In this document: positions 40,371 through 52,175 of the stretch, piece after piece
Layout of the letters: each line of letters starts with the position of its first letter
Position numbering within the stretch: position 1 is the first letter of the stretch
Assembly: GCA_028534125.1 (NCBI GenBank)
Contig: CM052817.1
Coordinates: 87,856,001 to 87,920,000, forward strand
Source of the DNA: Lama glama
Taxonomy: Eukaryota
Direction of reading: 5' to 3'
DNA length: 64,000 bases
Notes under the pieces: generated by a model
The model's input: the letters and a program-made list of their open reading frames with translations, nothing else
What the model was told of the DNA's origin: nothing
Databases searched by the model: none
Made by a program: the position numbers and the translations under genes

Positions 40371-41040
40371 TGTTAGGTAGTGAATAATTAACCTTACCTT
40401 GCAGGAGATCTGGCCTTTTCCCTCAGGCTGATCTCTAGGCCATTGGACATTCCTTCCCGATAGGTTAGCCTTTATTTGCCTGGGGGCTTTGGCCAACAGA
40501 CAGTTCAACAGTGTGTTTCATGATTGGGGCTCTGGGCCACATGGTATTAGTTTTGTCCCCAAAAGAGACTAGAAAATAATAGTTTTAACCCAGTCTCCAG
40601 AGGGACTGAAGGCTAAGAGTCAGTCACAAGGGTAGTATGTGATTGAGCCCAGTAAAAACTTTGTACACTAGAGTGGAACACTTCCCTGGTTACCAAGACT
40701 CCATGTGTATTGTCTGGCATTGATGCTGGGATTTTAATGCATTCATAACTACATGAGTTGGGAAGCTTGTGTTTGGTACATTTGCTGGACTGTGCCCTAT
40801 GCACTTCTTCCCTTGGCTGATTTTAGTCTATATCTTTTCCTTGTATGTAATAAGCTGTAAACATAAGTATGTTAGCTTTAACTGAGTTCTATGAGTCTTT
40901 CTAGTGAATTATCAAACCCAAAGGTAGCTTTGTAAACCCTGCCCCTCAAACTTGCAATTGGTATCAGAAATGAGGAAGTTTTGTGTGTACTGTTTGCTGC
41001 AAACTGAAGTTGCCCTAAAACTTTGTAGTTGGCCATAACT
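40371..41040 (+). mobile_element. MER21-like LTR
   Basis: cttcttcccttggctgatttta...ctgagttctatgagtctttctagtgaattatcaaacc...aaacttgcaattggtatcagaaatgagg. Confidence 0.8.
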
Positions 41041-44000
41041 TACATATTTTTATATGTCTTGCTAATATGTTATATTGTCAAAAAGATGCTTGGAATTTAA
41101 ACACAACAGCAAATAAATAAATATTTGAAAGTGCCCTTTAAACATCCTATTCAAAAATTTTGTCAAATGTGTATTCCATCTTTAGCTCTGTAGCCAGGGC
41201 TGAGTCAGAACAAAAGTGAAATTGCAAAAAACAAAACAAAACAAAACCCAACAACAACTATCGTACCTGGCAGGAAAACTGGGAAGTGCACATCTGTTCC
41301 TGAGAATTAATATTCCCTTATCACAGAAGAGAACCACCTTAGGTTATTTGTTATAGCTACCATAAAGTAAAATACCAAAGTAAAACAGAAGTCTAAGGTA
41401 TAATCAAGTGGCTGTGGGCCTCCAAAACACTAAAGAATGTAGTCACTTAAATGTATGAAAAATAAGGATAAACATTTTTGATCAAAAGTCAAGTGGCACT
41501 ACTGTTGTCAGGGCTTGGTATAATATAAATTCTTATAAATCAAAACATAAGCAACGGTATTTATTAAATATATCAATTTTTTCATTATTTAATTCATCAG
41601 AAGGAAATTTTATACTATTTTACATTACAGTATCTTCAACATTTATATTAAATATCATAAATTTATGTTTCATGATACTAGAGAAAAGATGCACATACTT
41701 CACTAATTGTTAGACATCGCTGAGGTTATGATGGAATTAAACTCACAAAAGAGCTTTATATCTCAAACTGATGTTCTAGGTTGAAATGAAAACAACGCTG
41801 CTCCTTTTTTTCTAGGACAGATGAGCTAGGAGAGTTCTGAATAAAAACAATGACAAGTTATGTATTATAAAATAAAGTATGTAAGAGGTGAATTTCATAA
41901 ATATTGCCTCTATAATTAGGAGATCACTGTGTTGTTAACTTGTACATTGGATGACTATTTAATAGGATCAAATAAATTCCTAACAGTTTTCCTGATCTCT
42001 CACCAGGTCATTCTCAAAACAGTTTAGTTTAAAATAAATAGCCAGCATCTGTAGTCTCTGTAAAAATAACCAGTACTCTTTTCAAATACATTTCAGAACT
42101 GTATTTTGATTTGTTATGCTAGTGGTATTTTCACATGGGATCAAGGCTGAGAGAGAAAAACTCATTGAATAGGATCTGAGCAGTCAGGAAAGTTTAAATT
42201 GCTAATTTGTGTATGTATATGTTTTCTTTCCTTTGGAAAGAAATATTCATTTTTGGAAATAATAATAGTAAGAACATAACGATGGTAACATTCAGATATT
42301 ATGTTAAAATAATTTTCATTAACTTTAATTTATTGCAATGTAATACCAGGTGACTGAAGATATATATGAAAAAAGCAACATTTGATAGTTGATAGTTATA
42401 ATTTCAGGTTAATTATTGTAAATGTTTAATTGCCATCAGATCTGATTTCTTTTCACATAGTAGCAGCTCTTGTTTTTAATTATTAAGTATCAGCATTTTA
42501 ACACTGTAAAAGTATGAAATACTAAAAATATAATTAAATTATATGGGGGTTTGTATATTAAATTTAAAAATTGTACTGTATCATAGTTTTCTTTAGTTTA
42601 AAAATAAATATTTAAGGCATTAGTATCTTCTCTTTCACATCATATTTATTAATTTTATTTTAATGTATTTTTAACATATAGTGTATGTGATTTATAAATT
42701 TTAAAACAGAGGAGAACAAGCATCAAGGGAAATAAAATTATCCCCAAAACTACTGATTAAAGATAACTATTGTCCAATAATTGGAGTGTGATTTAAATTT
42801 TTTCCCGATGATTTTGTAACTCAGTCTTATTGATCTCTACCTCTCTGTCTCTATTCAAGACATAAGCTAGTATTTAGAAGTTTAATATTATGTTTTTAAT
42901 TGTAGATTAGACAAATTAAAATACGCTATTCAGAATGCCTTATTAAGTTATTGAAGTGTATTTCATATCATCACATGTACTTCTATGGAATAGTTATTCA
43001 ACCTGCTTAATATTCCTCAGTATGGATCAGATATAGTTCAATGCAGTTTTTACAGTTTTCTGTTGCATATCATTTCTGTTGGATCTTTTAAAAAGAACTT
43101 CACTGAAGAGCTCTATAAGAATAGTTTCAGTAGCAATACAGGAGGCAGATGGCAGAGAATGGAATGATCAGAGAGCCAGTGAATGTCCCTGATTGTGTGA
43201 TTGCTTGACAAGGTTGAGAAAATGTAATATTTTAGTGGAACCTCTTTTAAAATGATTATTATCTCCTTTTCCTACAATTGGCCTAAAATTTATGCTCAGA
43301 AATGTAACTGAGTTTACCTGTATTTTGTGTGATCCATCTTTTGAATATTTTGTAGATATAATATGAAAAGGCTTAAAGGTTTTAAATTATTTGTAAGTCT
43401 CTTTATTGTATAGAATAAAGTATGTATATCATATTTAAAAAGCATCAGTTTACATGATAAATTTATAGTCACAATGAGTTATAGATGACATGTCTAGATT
43501 AATATTTATGTACCAGCATATGCAAATTTCCCAATTGCTTTAATTTTAAAGTTATATAATCAAAGTTAGCTCATGGAACATGTCTATTGTCAGCACCACT
43601 TGGGCCAGGGGTGTTGTTGATGGACAGAACAGTTCACATGAAATCAACAAGTATGCATCATCATTATTTAGTGTCATTTTCAACTAAGTGATTACATTAA
43701 AATAGGAAAAGTTATATAAAATAAATAAAAATGTAGACACTGTCATAGCAAGAACACATCACTGAATTCATTTCCAGAATCCTAGATTATATTTTTATTT
43801 TTGCCACTGATGCTTTGCAATGTATAATATAAATATTTGGGGGAGTTTTTATTTTTCATTTCATAAAAAGTTTAAAATTAAGTATTACTTTAACAATTTT
43901 TTTTAAAAAGGAAATTGTATTTTTAAACTTAGATCTCATTTGTTAGAAGCTATATTCTGGAATTAAAAACCAATTCAAATCAGAGAAGAGTTAACATTGC

Positions 44001-47000
44001 CCATAGGAATGGAAATCAACCAGGGAAGTTGACTCACTAATTATTTAGCAGACTTGAATGAATCAGTATCCAAAAGGATTACTGGCCAAAAGCCTGCCCT
44101 GGGGTTGAAACAGGTGTTGTTTCATCAGGATTCAGTATGGCTGCTATTTCAAGGAGGAATTCAAAAAGACAACCCTGGGAAAGAAAATCCCATCTATGTG
44201 ACATGAAAAGCATGACTCCTAAACTAGACTGTATGCTTTCTTCCTCTCAGTCATTTCCTAGACTTCTTTCTGTCTCAAATAGATCCCTTACCAATTCCAA
44301 AGCAGCTGGCATAATTCTTCTCCTGAAAATGGCAATGGCAATCTCGCAGCAAATCTCAGGCACACAGGTGTTCAAAGGAATCCGAGATGTAGCTAGACAG
44401 AAGCCAAACTTCAGGTAAAATCACCCATAAAGGTTGTAACTATGAGGCCAAAAATTGCCTACTAATCTTCCTTCCAAAGGTTTGTGGCTCACAGCTACAC
44501 TTAAGAACCTTCCTTCTTAAAATGAGTCACCATTAAGTTCCTCTGCAACTGTTTGGGAGATTGTTTTGGTTGGAATTAGAGGGGTATAATGACTGCATTG
44601 CTCATTGCCTCTGTGTATAACACCTGCAAGTTCTTTAGTCCTTATTATCTCTCAAACAGTTTCAATGACTCTGAATACCATGCTTAGTGAGTAGGAGTAA
44701 GAAAAGCTGTCTATTGTTCATGATGTTAATTATTACAAGTTGTCACTCAATCTTGACAGCAGATTTTTTTCCTTGCTCATTTCTGTGGGCAAGAAGCTAC
44801 AGAAACTCTGCTTTGAAAAACGAAAAGAAGAAACTTGCGGTCTTGAGGACCACTTCCTTATCTGCTCTAGTGATGTAACATGTCCAGGAAAGCTAATTTT
44901 GTTGTTGTTGTTTACAGTTTAAATAACCACATAAACTAGCCCATAGCTTGGCCTTTTAGCTCATGAATTAGGACACACATGAACCACATATTAAAGAAAT
45001 CAGTTTACATGAAGTTTGACAAAAAGTTAAATCAAAAGGGGTCTGTTTTCCGAACTATGGAGTAATAAACCTGGGAATTCTCCTGTTCGTAACTTTGTTC
45101 CCCCTGGAATCCTAATTTTTCTTGATGCTTGTAAATAATTCTGACCAAATGGAAGTTGTGTTCATCTTTTCTGTGCTTTTCATTTCCAATTCTACTATCT
45201 TTGGTCATCCTATTTTTAAATATCTAATCATAGAGGTTATCATTCCTAACAGTGTCCCTGATTCTGAACTGTTCAAGAGTTTTGCCTAATCTCAGTCAAA
45301 GTGACACCAACTTTTGCAGCAGATGTTTTATATCACAGATGAGAATTTGAGGTAACTAGTTTTAGATGTACCCTAATTTGTAGAAGTAACTGACCTATGT
45401 AGCAGCTCATGGACTAAGATGGTGATGTGCTTCTTATAGAAAACATCCATCTAGGGACGGATCCAGGTATGTGAAATAGCAAAGCCCATGAGTGATCTTA
45501 TCTCTCAGACTGTTCACTTCAATGATGCTTTTGGAGGGTGTAGATATTAGCCAAGAATAGCAGGCAGCAATAGCAGAATTTGAGACTACCTTTATACTGA
45601 TTATACCCAGGTATCAAATATATCTTGTATTTTCCCTTTAATTTGTAAAATACATTCCCTTTCAGCAAAGAAACTAGCATTGTTTCCTCATATAGCAAGA
45701 ATAATGCTGGGGCTAAAAATCCTAAATCAATTTTCCCAATAAAAAGATGGGAGCTGGTCTCATTCCAGAGTACACAAGAAGAGTCTAATACACTAAAACT
45801 GTCTGTTTTTTTTTTAAAAGAAGTTACCAGCAAATTTTCACTAATTTATTACAGTAGTTTGCAGTAGTTAAGTGCTTCCAGAGAGTCTTCACGTGCTTTT
45901 TAGCTAGTCTTTGACTGACCTTTAGAATAGCTTAGTCAGGTTTAGCCTTAAAGCAATTAATCTCAGCACTCCTGTCACCGGGTAGTTGATATGAGCAATT
46001 GGGGACTGCCTCCCATGCTGCTAGGTAGATCACCAACCCAAATGAAGGTAGGCATTGATACATAAATTAAAGACTTTTATGACTCCTAAACTATATTGTG
46101 ACTTTTTACTGAAATCTTGGATGGAACATTATAAGGCAAATTTGTTCCTGTATTTATAACTTTCATAAGATATTCCACTGAAATTAGATTTCTGGGCTAA
46201 TTATACATGAAAAATATTCTTAAATGTTTGCATGCCAGTCATGCATTTATATATACCCCTGCTGTTTTAAAAATAAAACTAAGTTCAGTTACTTTCAAAT
46301 CAGAGAATACTTGAGATTGAAAAAATACAGCAACAACTTAAGGGCTGGCGAACAGTCTAGAAAACTGAGATATGAACTAGTGTATGATTTTAGATTTGGT
46401 GTGAAATATTATACTTTGTGAATGGTATATATGAAAACCTTGATACTAAAGGAGAATTAATCCATAACAGCTCTATTCCCAATTCCTTCCTTTCTTTTGC
46501 TCTTTAACAAATGTTTGCAGTGTCCACTATTACAGGTAGATGCAACTGTTCAAGTATGCTATATGCATTGTAAATATAAATTAATTATTTTTAACTAAGT
46601 TTAAGAGGAAATTTTCCATAAAAGGCTGTAAAAAAAAAAAAAAACAAACAAAACACTTCCATAGACATTGTTACCCAGATAGGTGTATTTTAGGAAAACT
46701 CTCTAAGCGTATTTGTATTTAATTAAAAACACGTAATGTTTCCATTAAGTACATACAGAAAATAATTTATACTGTTTTGAAGAAGGCTATGTACCATTTT
46801 TTCTACATGTTTTTCTCAGCAAAAAGGAGTTGATACGCACCTTGGCCTGAAACTGCCTTCATAATGACAATATAAATGATGTGTTCTGAATCATAATCAA
46901 GTACAGTCAGGCTTTATTCAGTAACCCAAACAACTAATTATATGCCATGCTAGATAAATCAGTGTAAATATAACAGAAGCTAGAAACAGCTGGGCGGATG

Positions 47001-48177
47001 TCTAGGGATTTTGAAGCTTTCCTTTTTTTGCGAATCAAGTCAGCATACATGGACAGGTTTTTTCAAAGGATTTGAGAATCTTGGAAAAGTCTCTTTATGA
47101 GATAATGTAAATACAATAGATTACTTTTTTAATATAGCAATATAAATTTGTGACATAGAAATTAAGAAAATAAATAAAATTCTTAAAAATTAATAAAATC
47201 AGCAGCATACAAAGACAGACAGCTACTGTAAGCATTATGTGTCTCACTCTGGGTTACTTCTATCCCATGGTATAAACTTTATTGTTTTATTTGTCACCAA
47301 TTGCATAACTGTTTCTTTCCTTGATTATCTCTTTAGTTGCTTGACCATTGTCCCTACCAGAATCTGGTTTATCATTTATTAACCTTGTTCCCAGAATCTT
47401 TAACTCTCATTTTGGCATATGTATGTTTTAAATTAATAAACATTTAAGTGGACATTTCTTTTTAATTGCGAGGAGAGTAAAATTAGCACTTTAATTATTC
47501 CCCCTTCCTGAAACACACTTATTGCTTGGATTAAATTAATTTCTTTAAACTTTAGATTTTCATTTCCTGATTCTATTCTATAGGTCTAGAATGGAAAAAT
47601 AAAATAACTTTGAGTACTGTGAGTTGATGAGTAGACTGAGCATGGATATAGGAAATGCAAGCTGGGTTTAAAATGAGGACACAATAGGCAAGGGAGAAAT
47701 ACATGCTTCACCCAAAGAGTCACGAAGCGCTTTCCATTTAGTTTCGAAAAGGAATGCAAGCTCAGTGATGCCTGATCTATTTTTTACAGTGAAACAGAAG
47801 AGCAGATTTTAGGGGAATGCTCTCAAAAAATACTGTCAGTTAAGTTAGTTTTAAAAACACATTTTGTGGGACAACACTTCTCAGTTTAAAGATAAAACAG
47901 TAAGAAGAGCAGATATAATCCATAGGCCAAGAATTTACAATTTTTGGTGTATGCCATGTCATCTTTATCCATGTTCTTAATGAGAAATCATTTTGCATCA
48001 TTTACAAATTTATATTTTTAATTGATAATTTAAAACTGAAGGGTAAATTTATCACCCAGTTGAGATTCCATTTGTTAGTTACTGTGGCACCATCACCTCT
48101 ACATGACCAGATTACTTAACTTGTTTTGCTATTGCTAGGGGTATGGATTCTACTTACTACCTACCTTGTCTGAAATA

Positions 48178-48394
48178 CAGTTGACCCTTGAACACTGCGG
48201 GGCTTGGGGCGCTGACCATCCACATAGTCCAAAATCTGTGTATAACTTATAGTCAGCTTTCCATATCTGCAGTTTTGCATCCTCAGTTTCAACCAACCCT
48301 GGATCATGTTGTACTTGTAGTATTTACTATTGAAAAATATCTGTATGTAAGTGGACCCTCGCAGTTCACGCCAATGTTGTTTAAGGATCAACTG
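48178..48394. mobile_element. Tigger2-derived MITE (TcMar), 217 bp
   Basis: Terminal inverted repeats cagttgacccttgaaca and tgtttaaggatcaactg; TA on the left flank, CA (mutated TA) on the right. Confidence 0.9.
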
Positions 48395-48529
48395 CACTGG
48401 CAAATCATCTACTGCATCTTCTACCTTCCACAAGTTTTGCAACCTAATTCAGTTTTCACATATGTGGCTGGAAATCATAACTGTGCCCTTGAGTTGTTAT
48501 AATGATAAAAATAAAATTGTATATATGTA

Positions 48530-48564
<35 letters not shown>

Positions 48565-48689
48565 ATAAAAGCAGCAGTCTCTCATGCATACAGGCTGAAG
48601 AATTTAATTATAGCCCTCCTCCTCTTCCTTCCCCCTCCATCTTTTCTTCCTCTACCTCCTTTTTCTCTCCTTTTCATTAAAACAAATCT

Positions 48690-48980
48690 CAATCCAACTA
48701 ATCAAACTAGGAATATGAGTAGGGAATGTCATCCTTATTTATTTACTCTCCTCACATCTAAAATATCTCCAAATGTATTTGTGTCTACCTCCTGAACACA
48801 GTCTGCTTCATTACCTGTACGTGCTCTTGCATAGTAATTCTCAGTGCTATTGTCACACTGAACTTTTAAAGTACGGGTAAAATCAGGTCATCCCTTCGTT
48901 AAAAGTTTAAATTTCGTCCCAACGTTTGAAATAAAGTCCAAAATCTTTGCTTATTTTTAATGACCACACTGGATAACACA
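48690..48980 (+). mobile_element. L2 fragment
   Basis: aaaatcaggtcatccct...aataaagtccaaaatcttt. Confidence 0.45.
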
Positions 48981-49311
48981 AGCAGTGTTGTCACTTAATT
49001 GGAAAAACTGATCTTGGCTACTTTAATGGATTTTCAACAGCTGTACTGATGGGCCATGTTCTAGTCATGCCAATCTAAGCACCAGGCATGTGAATGAAGA
49101 GGCCCCAGGAGATGTGATGTGGAGAAGAGTGAGGAGTGAATGTTTGCAAATGTTAAAAGGAGCCATGCTGCTCACATTTAAAGACATCCTTACAACCTGG
49201 CAAGAAGAAGACAAAATCCTAATGTAAAATGACAAAGAGCATGAACAACTCAATCCTGTTAGAGAAAGCCTGTATAAGCTAATAATCATATGAAATTTTG
49301 CTCAGGTTTAC

Positions 49312-49811
49312 NNNNNNNNNNNNNNNNNNNNNNNNNNNNNNNNNNNNNNNNNNNNNNNNNNNNNNNNNNNNNNNNNNNNNNNNNNNNNNNNNNNNNNNNN
49401 NNNNNNNNNNNNNNNNNNNNNNNNNNNNNNNNNNNNNNNNNNNNNNNNNNNNNNNNNNNNNNNNNNNNNNNNNNNNNNNNNNNNNNNNNNNNNNNNNNNN
49501 NNNNNNNNNNNNNNNNNNNNNNNNNNNNNNNNNNNNNNNNNNNNNNNNNNNNNNNNNNNNNNNNNNNNNNNNNNNNNNNNNNNNNNNNNNNNNNNNNNNN
49601 NNNNNNNNNNNNNNNNNNNNNNNNNNNNNNNNNNNNNNNNNNNNNNNNNNNNNNNNNNNNNNNNNNNNNNNNNNNNNNNNNNNNNNNNNNNNNNNNNNNN
49701 NNNNNNNNNNNNNNNNNNNNNNNNNNNNNNNNNNNNNNNNNNNNNNNNNNNNNNNNNNNNNNNNNNNNNNNNNNNNNNNNNNNNNNNNNNNNNNNNNNNN
49801 NNNNNNNNNNN
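49312..49811. other. Assembly gap (500 N)
   Basis: Run of exactly 500 N. Confidence 1.
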
Positions 49812-49915
49812 GGCAGCAGCCTCTTTAGGGACCTTGTTCCCCATCTTCTTTTTGGCTGTGGCGGCAGCACCATTCTTACCCTTGGTGACTGCTGGTTTTG
49901 AACTCTGACTCCCAG
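49812..49915 (-). pseudogene. H1-8: Oocyte-specific linker histone H1-8 (H1FOO) pseudogene, 3' segment, running into the gap
   Basis: Minus strand translates GSQSSKPAVTKGKNGAAATAKKKMGNKVPKEAAA, matching the recalled H1FOO C-terminal tail (human KSSKPTASKVKNGAASPTKKK). Confidence 0.88.
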
Positions 49916-50468
49916 TGTTGCAGGAAAATGTGTTACAGCTCAGTGTTACAGCTCAGTTGTGACAGCAACGTGGATACAGGTAAGAGACCAAGCAGCACTC
50001 GGAGAGTTGGAGAACTCAGGTTTATTACGCCAGCGAGCCCAGAGGAGTTAACACTTCAAACTCTGGACCCCGTCTGTAGGTTTACACAGGCCTTTTATAG
50101 GCTGCCAGTTTTACACTTTGCAACATCATATGCAAATAAAGTACAACAAAAGTTGACCAACCAGGAACAAGCTTTGTAGAAATAGACCAATCAGGAGTGA
50201 GGCTCCATGCAAATGAAGTACTACAAACGGACCAGTCAGAAGTTAGGGAAGTGGACCAATCAGAAGTGAGAGTAATAACCAATCAGGAGAGAGAGTAATA
50301 ACCAATCAGAAGTGAGCTCAAGGAACCAATAGAATTCTAGGTGTAAGTTAGCTGCTTTAGAGGCAAAAAGTGAGATAAAGCCTCTGGGCCAGGGAACTGG
50401 ATGGTGCTGGGAGGAGAGCAGCGGCCCTGCCTAGGGGTCCTGCCGGTCTTATGGGGCTTCCCACCTCA
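49916..50468 (-). mobile_element. Solo ERV1-type LTR, 553 bp, inserted into the H1-8 pseudogene
   Basis: TG...CA termini; exact 4-bp TSD CCAG at 49912-49915 and 50469-50472; minus-strand TATAAAA near 50093-50099 and AATAAA at 50021-50026. Confidence 0.93.
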
Positions 50469-50739
50469 CCAGCTTTTGTTTCCTTTGGGATTCAGAATCT
50501 TGGCTGCTCCTTCTACCTTTGACCTTTGACTTCCCACAGGCCCACTGGCACCGGAAGTGGCCTTCATGTCCTTGTTCAGCTGTTGAGAGGACTTCCTGGC
50601 TTCATCCACTCTTGCCTCTTGGTCCTAGGTCTTGTTGCCTTTCTTGGGGGCCTTGACTGCACCTGGTTTAGAGGGAGTTATTCTCCCCTCTCCTGGGTTC
50701 CTGGATCCTTTGTTCACTGCACCTGGGTTGGGAGAATCC
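50469..50739 (-). pseudogene. H1-8: H1-8 (H1FOO) pseudogene, 5' segment, 5'-truncated
   Basis: DSPNPGAVNKGSRNPGEGRITPSKPGAVKAPKKGNKT*DQEARVDEARKSSQQLNKDMKATSGASGP/GKSKVKGRRSSQDSESQRK/KAG; stop at 50625-50627 and two 1-nt frameshifts; collinear with the H1FOO tail. Confidence 0.88.
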
Positions 50740-52175
50740 ACTTTGGGAACCACAAGTTTATTTCCTATGTCTGTGAGTCTATTTCAGTTTTGTATAGAAG
50801 TTCATTTGCATCATTTTTTTAGCTTTCACATATAAGTTATATCATATGACATTTGTCTTTCTCTGTCTGACTTACTTCACTTAGTATGATAATCTCTAGG
50901 TGCATTCTTGTTGCTGCAAATGGCATTATTTCATCCTTTTCTTTATAGTTGAGTAATATTCTATTGTGTGTGTGTGTGTATGTATGTCACATTTTCTTTA
51001 TCCATTCATCTATCCATAGACATTTAGGTTGCTTCTACGTCTTAATTATTATAAATAGTGCTGTTATGAACGTCGGAGTGCATGTATCTTTTCAAATTAG
51101 AGTTTTCATCCTTTGTGGATATATGCCCAGGAGTGGGATTGCTGTATCATAAGATAACTCTACTTTTAGTTTTTTAAGGGACCTTCATACTGTTCTGTAT
51201 AGTGGCTGCACCAATTTACATTCCCACCAATAGTGTACAAGGGTTCCCATTTCTCCACACCCTCTCCAGCATTTATTATTTATAGACTGTTTGATGATGG
51301 CCATTCTGACTGGTGTGAGGTGATACCTCATTGTAGTTTTGATTTGCATTTCTCTAATAATTAGGTGATGTTGTGTATATTTTCATATGCCTGTTGGCCA
51401 TCATATGTTTTATTTGTAAAAATATCTATTTAGGTCTTTTGCCCAATTTTTGATTGGGATGTTTGTTTTTTGGATATTGAACTGTATGAGTTGTTTGTAT
51501 ATTTTGGAAATTAATCCTTTGTCAGTCACATTATTTGCAAATATTTTCTGCCATTCTGTAGGTTGTCTTTTTGTTTTGTTTATGGTTTCCTTTATTGTGC
51601 AAAAGCTTTTAGTTTTATTAGGTCCCATTTGTTTATTTTTGCTTTTATTTTCATTACTCTAGGAGACAGATCCAAAAAAATATTGCTGCAATTTATGTCA
51701 AAGTGTGTTCTGCCTATATTTTACTCTAGGAGTTTTATAGTGTCCCATCTTACATTTAGGTCTTTAATACATTTTGAGTTTATTTTTGTATACGGTGTGA
51801 GAAAATGTTCTAATTTTATTCTTTCACATGTAGCTGTACAGTGTTCCCAGCACAACTTATTGAAGCCACTGTCTTTTCTCCATTATATTTTCTTGGCTCC
51901 TTTGTCATAGATTACCTGACCATAAGTATGTGGGTTTATTTCTAGGCTGTTATTCTATTCCATTGAGCTACATGTCTGTTTTTGTACAAGTACCAAACTA
52001 CTTTGATTACTGTAGCTTTATAGTAGAGTCTGAAGACAGGGAGCATGATTCCTCCAGCACTGATTTGCTTTCACAAGATTGCTTTGGCTATTCGAGGTCT
52101 TTTGTATTTCTATACAAATTAACATTTTTTTGTTCTAGTTCTGTGAAAAATACCATTGATATTTTGATAATTTGA
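50737..52175 (-). mobile_element. L1 3' portion (ORF2 C-terminus and partial 3' UTR, terminal end absent here)
   Basis: ORF 51410-51628 ([26 protein letters not shown]) is L1 ORF2p; the antisense 3' UTR begins at ccactttgggaaccacaag. Confidence 0.95.

Noticed and set aside
49286..49901. ORFs of 176-203 aa spanning the second gap
   Set aside because: Mostly N. Only the MGNKVPKEAAA frame is meaningful, and it belongs to the H1-8 pseudogene.
50250..50330. Short direct-repeat array that could be mistaken for CRISPR
   Set aside because: Head-to-tail 23-bp U3 repeats without unique spacers, inside a mammalian LTR, with no cas genes.
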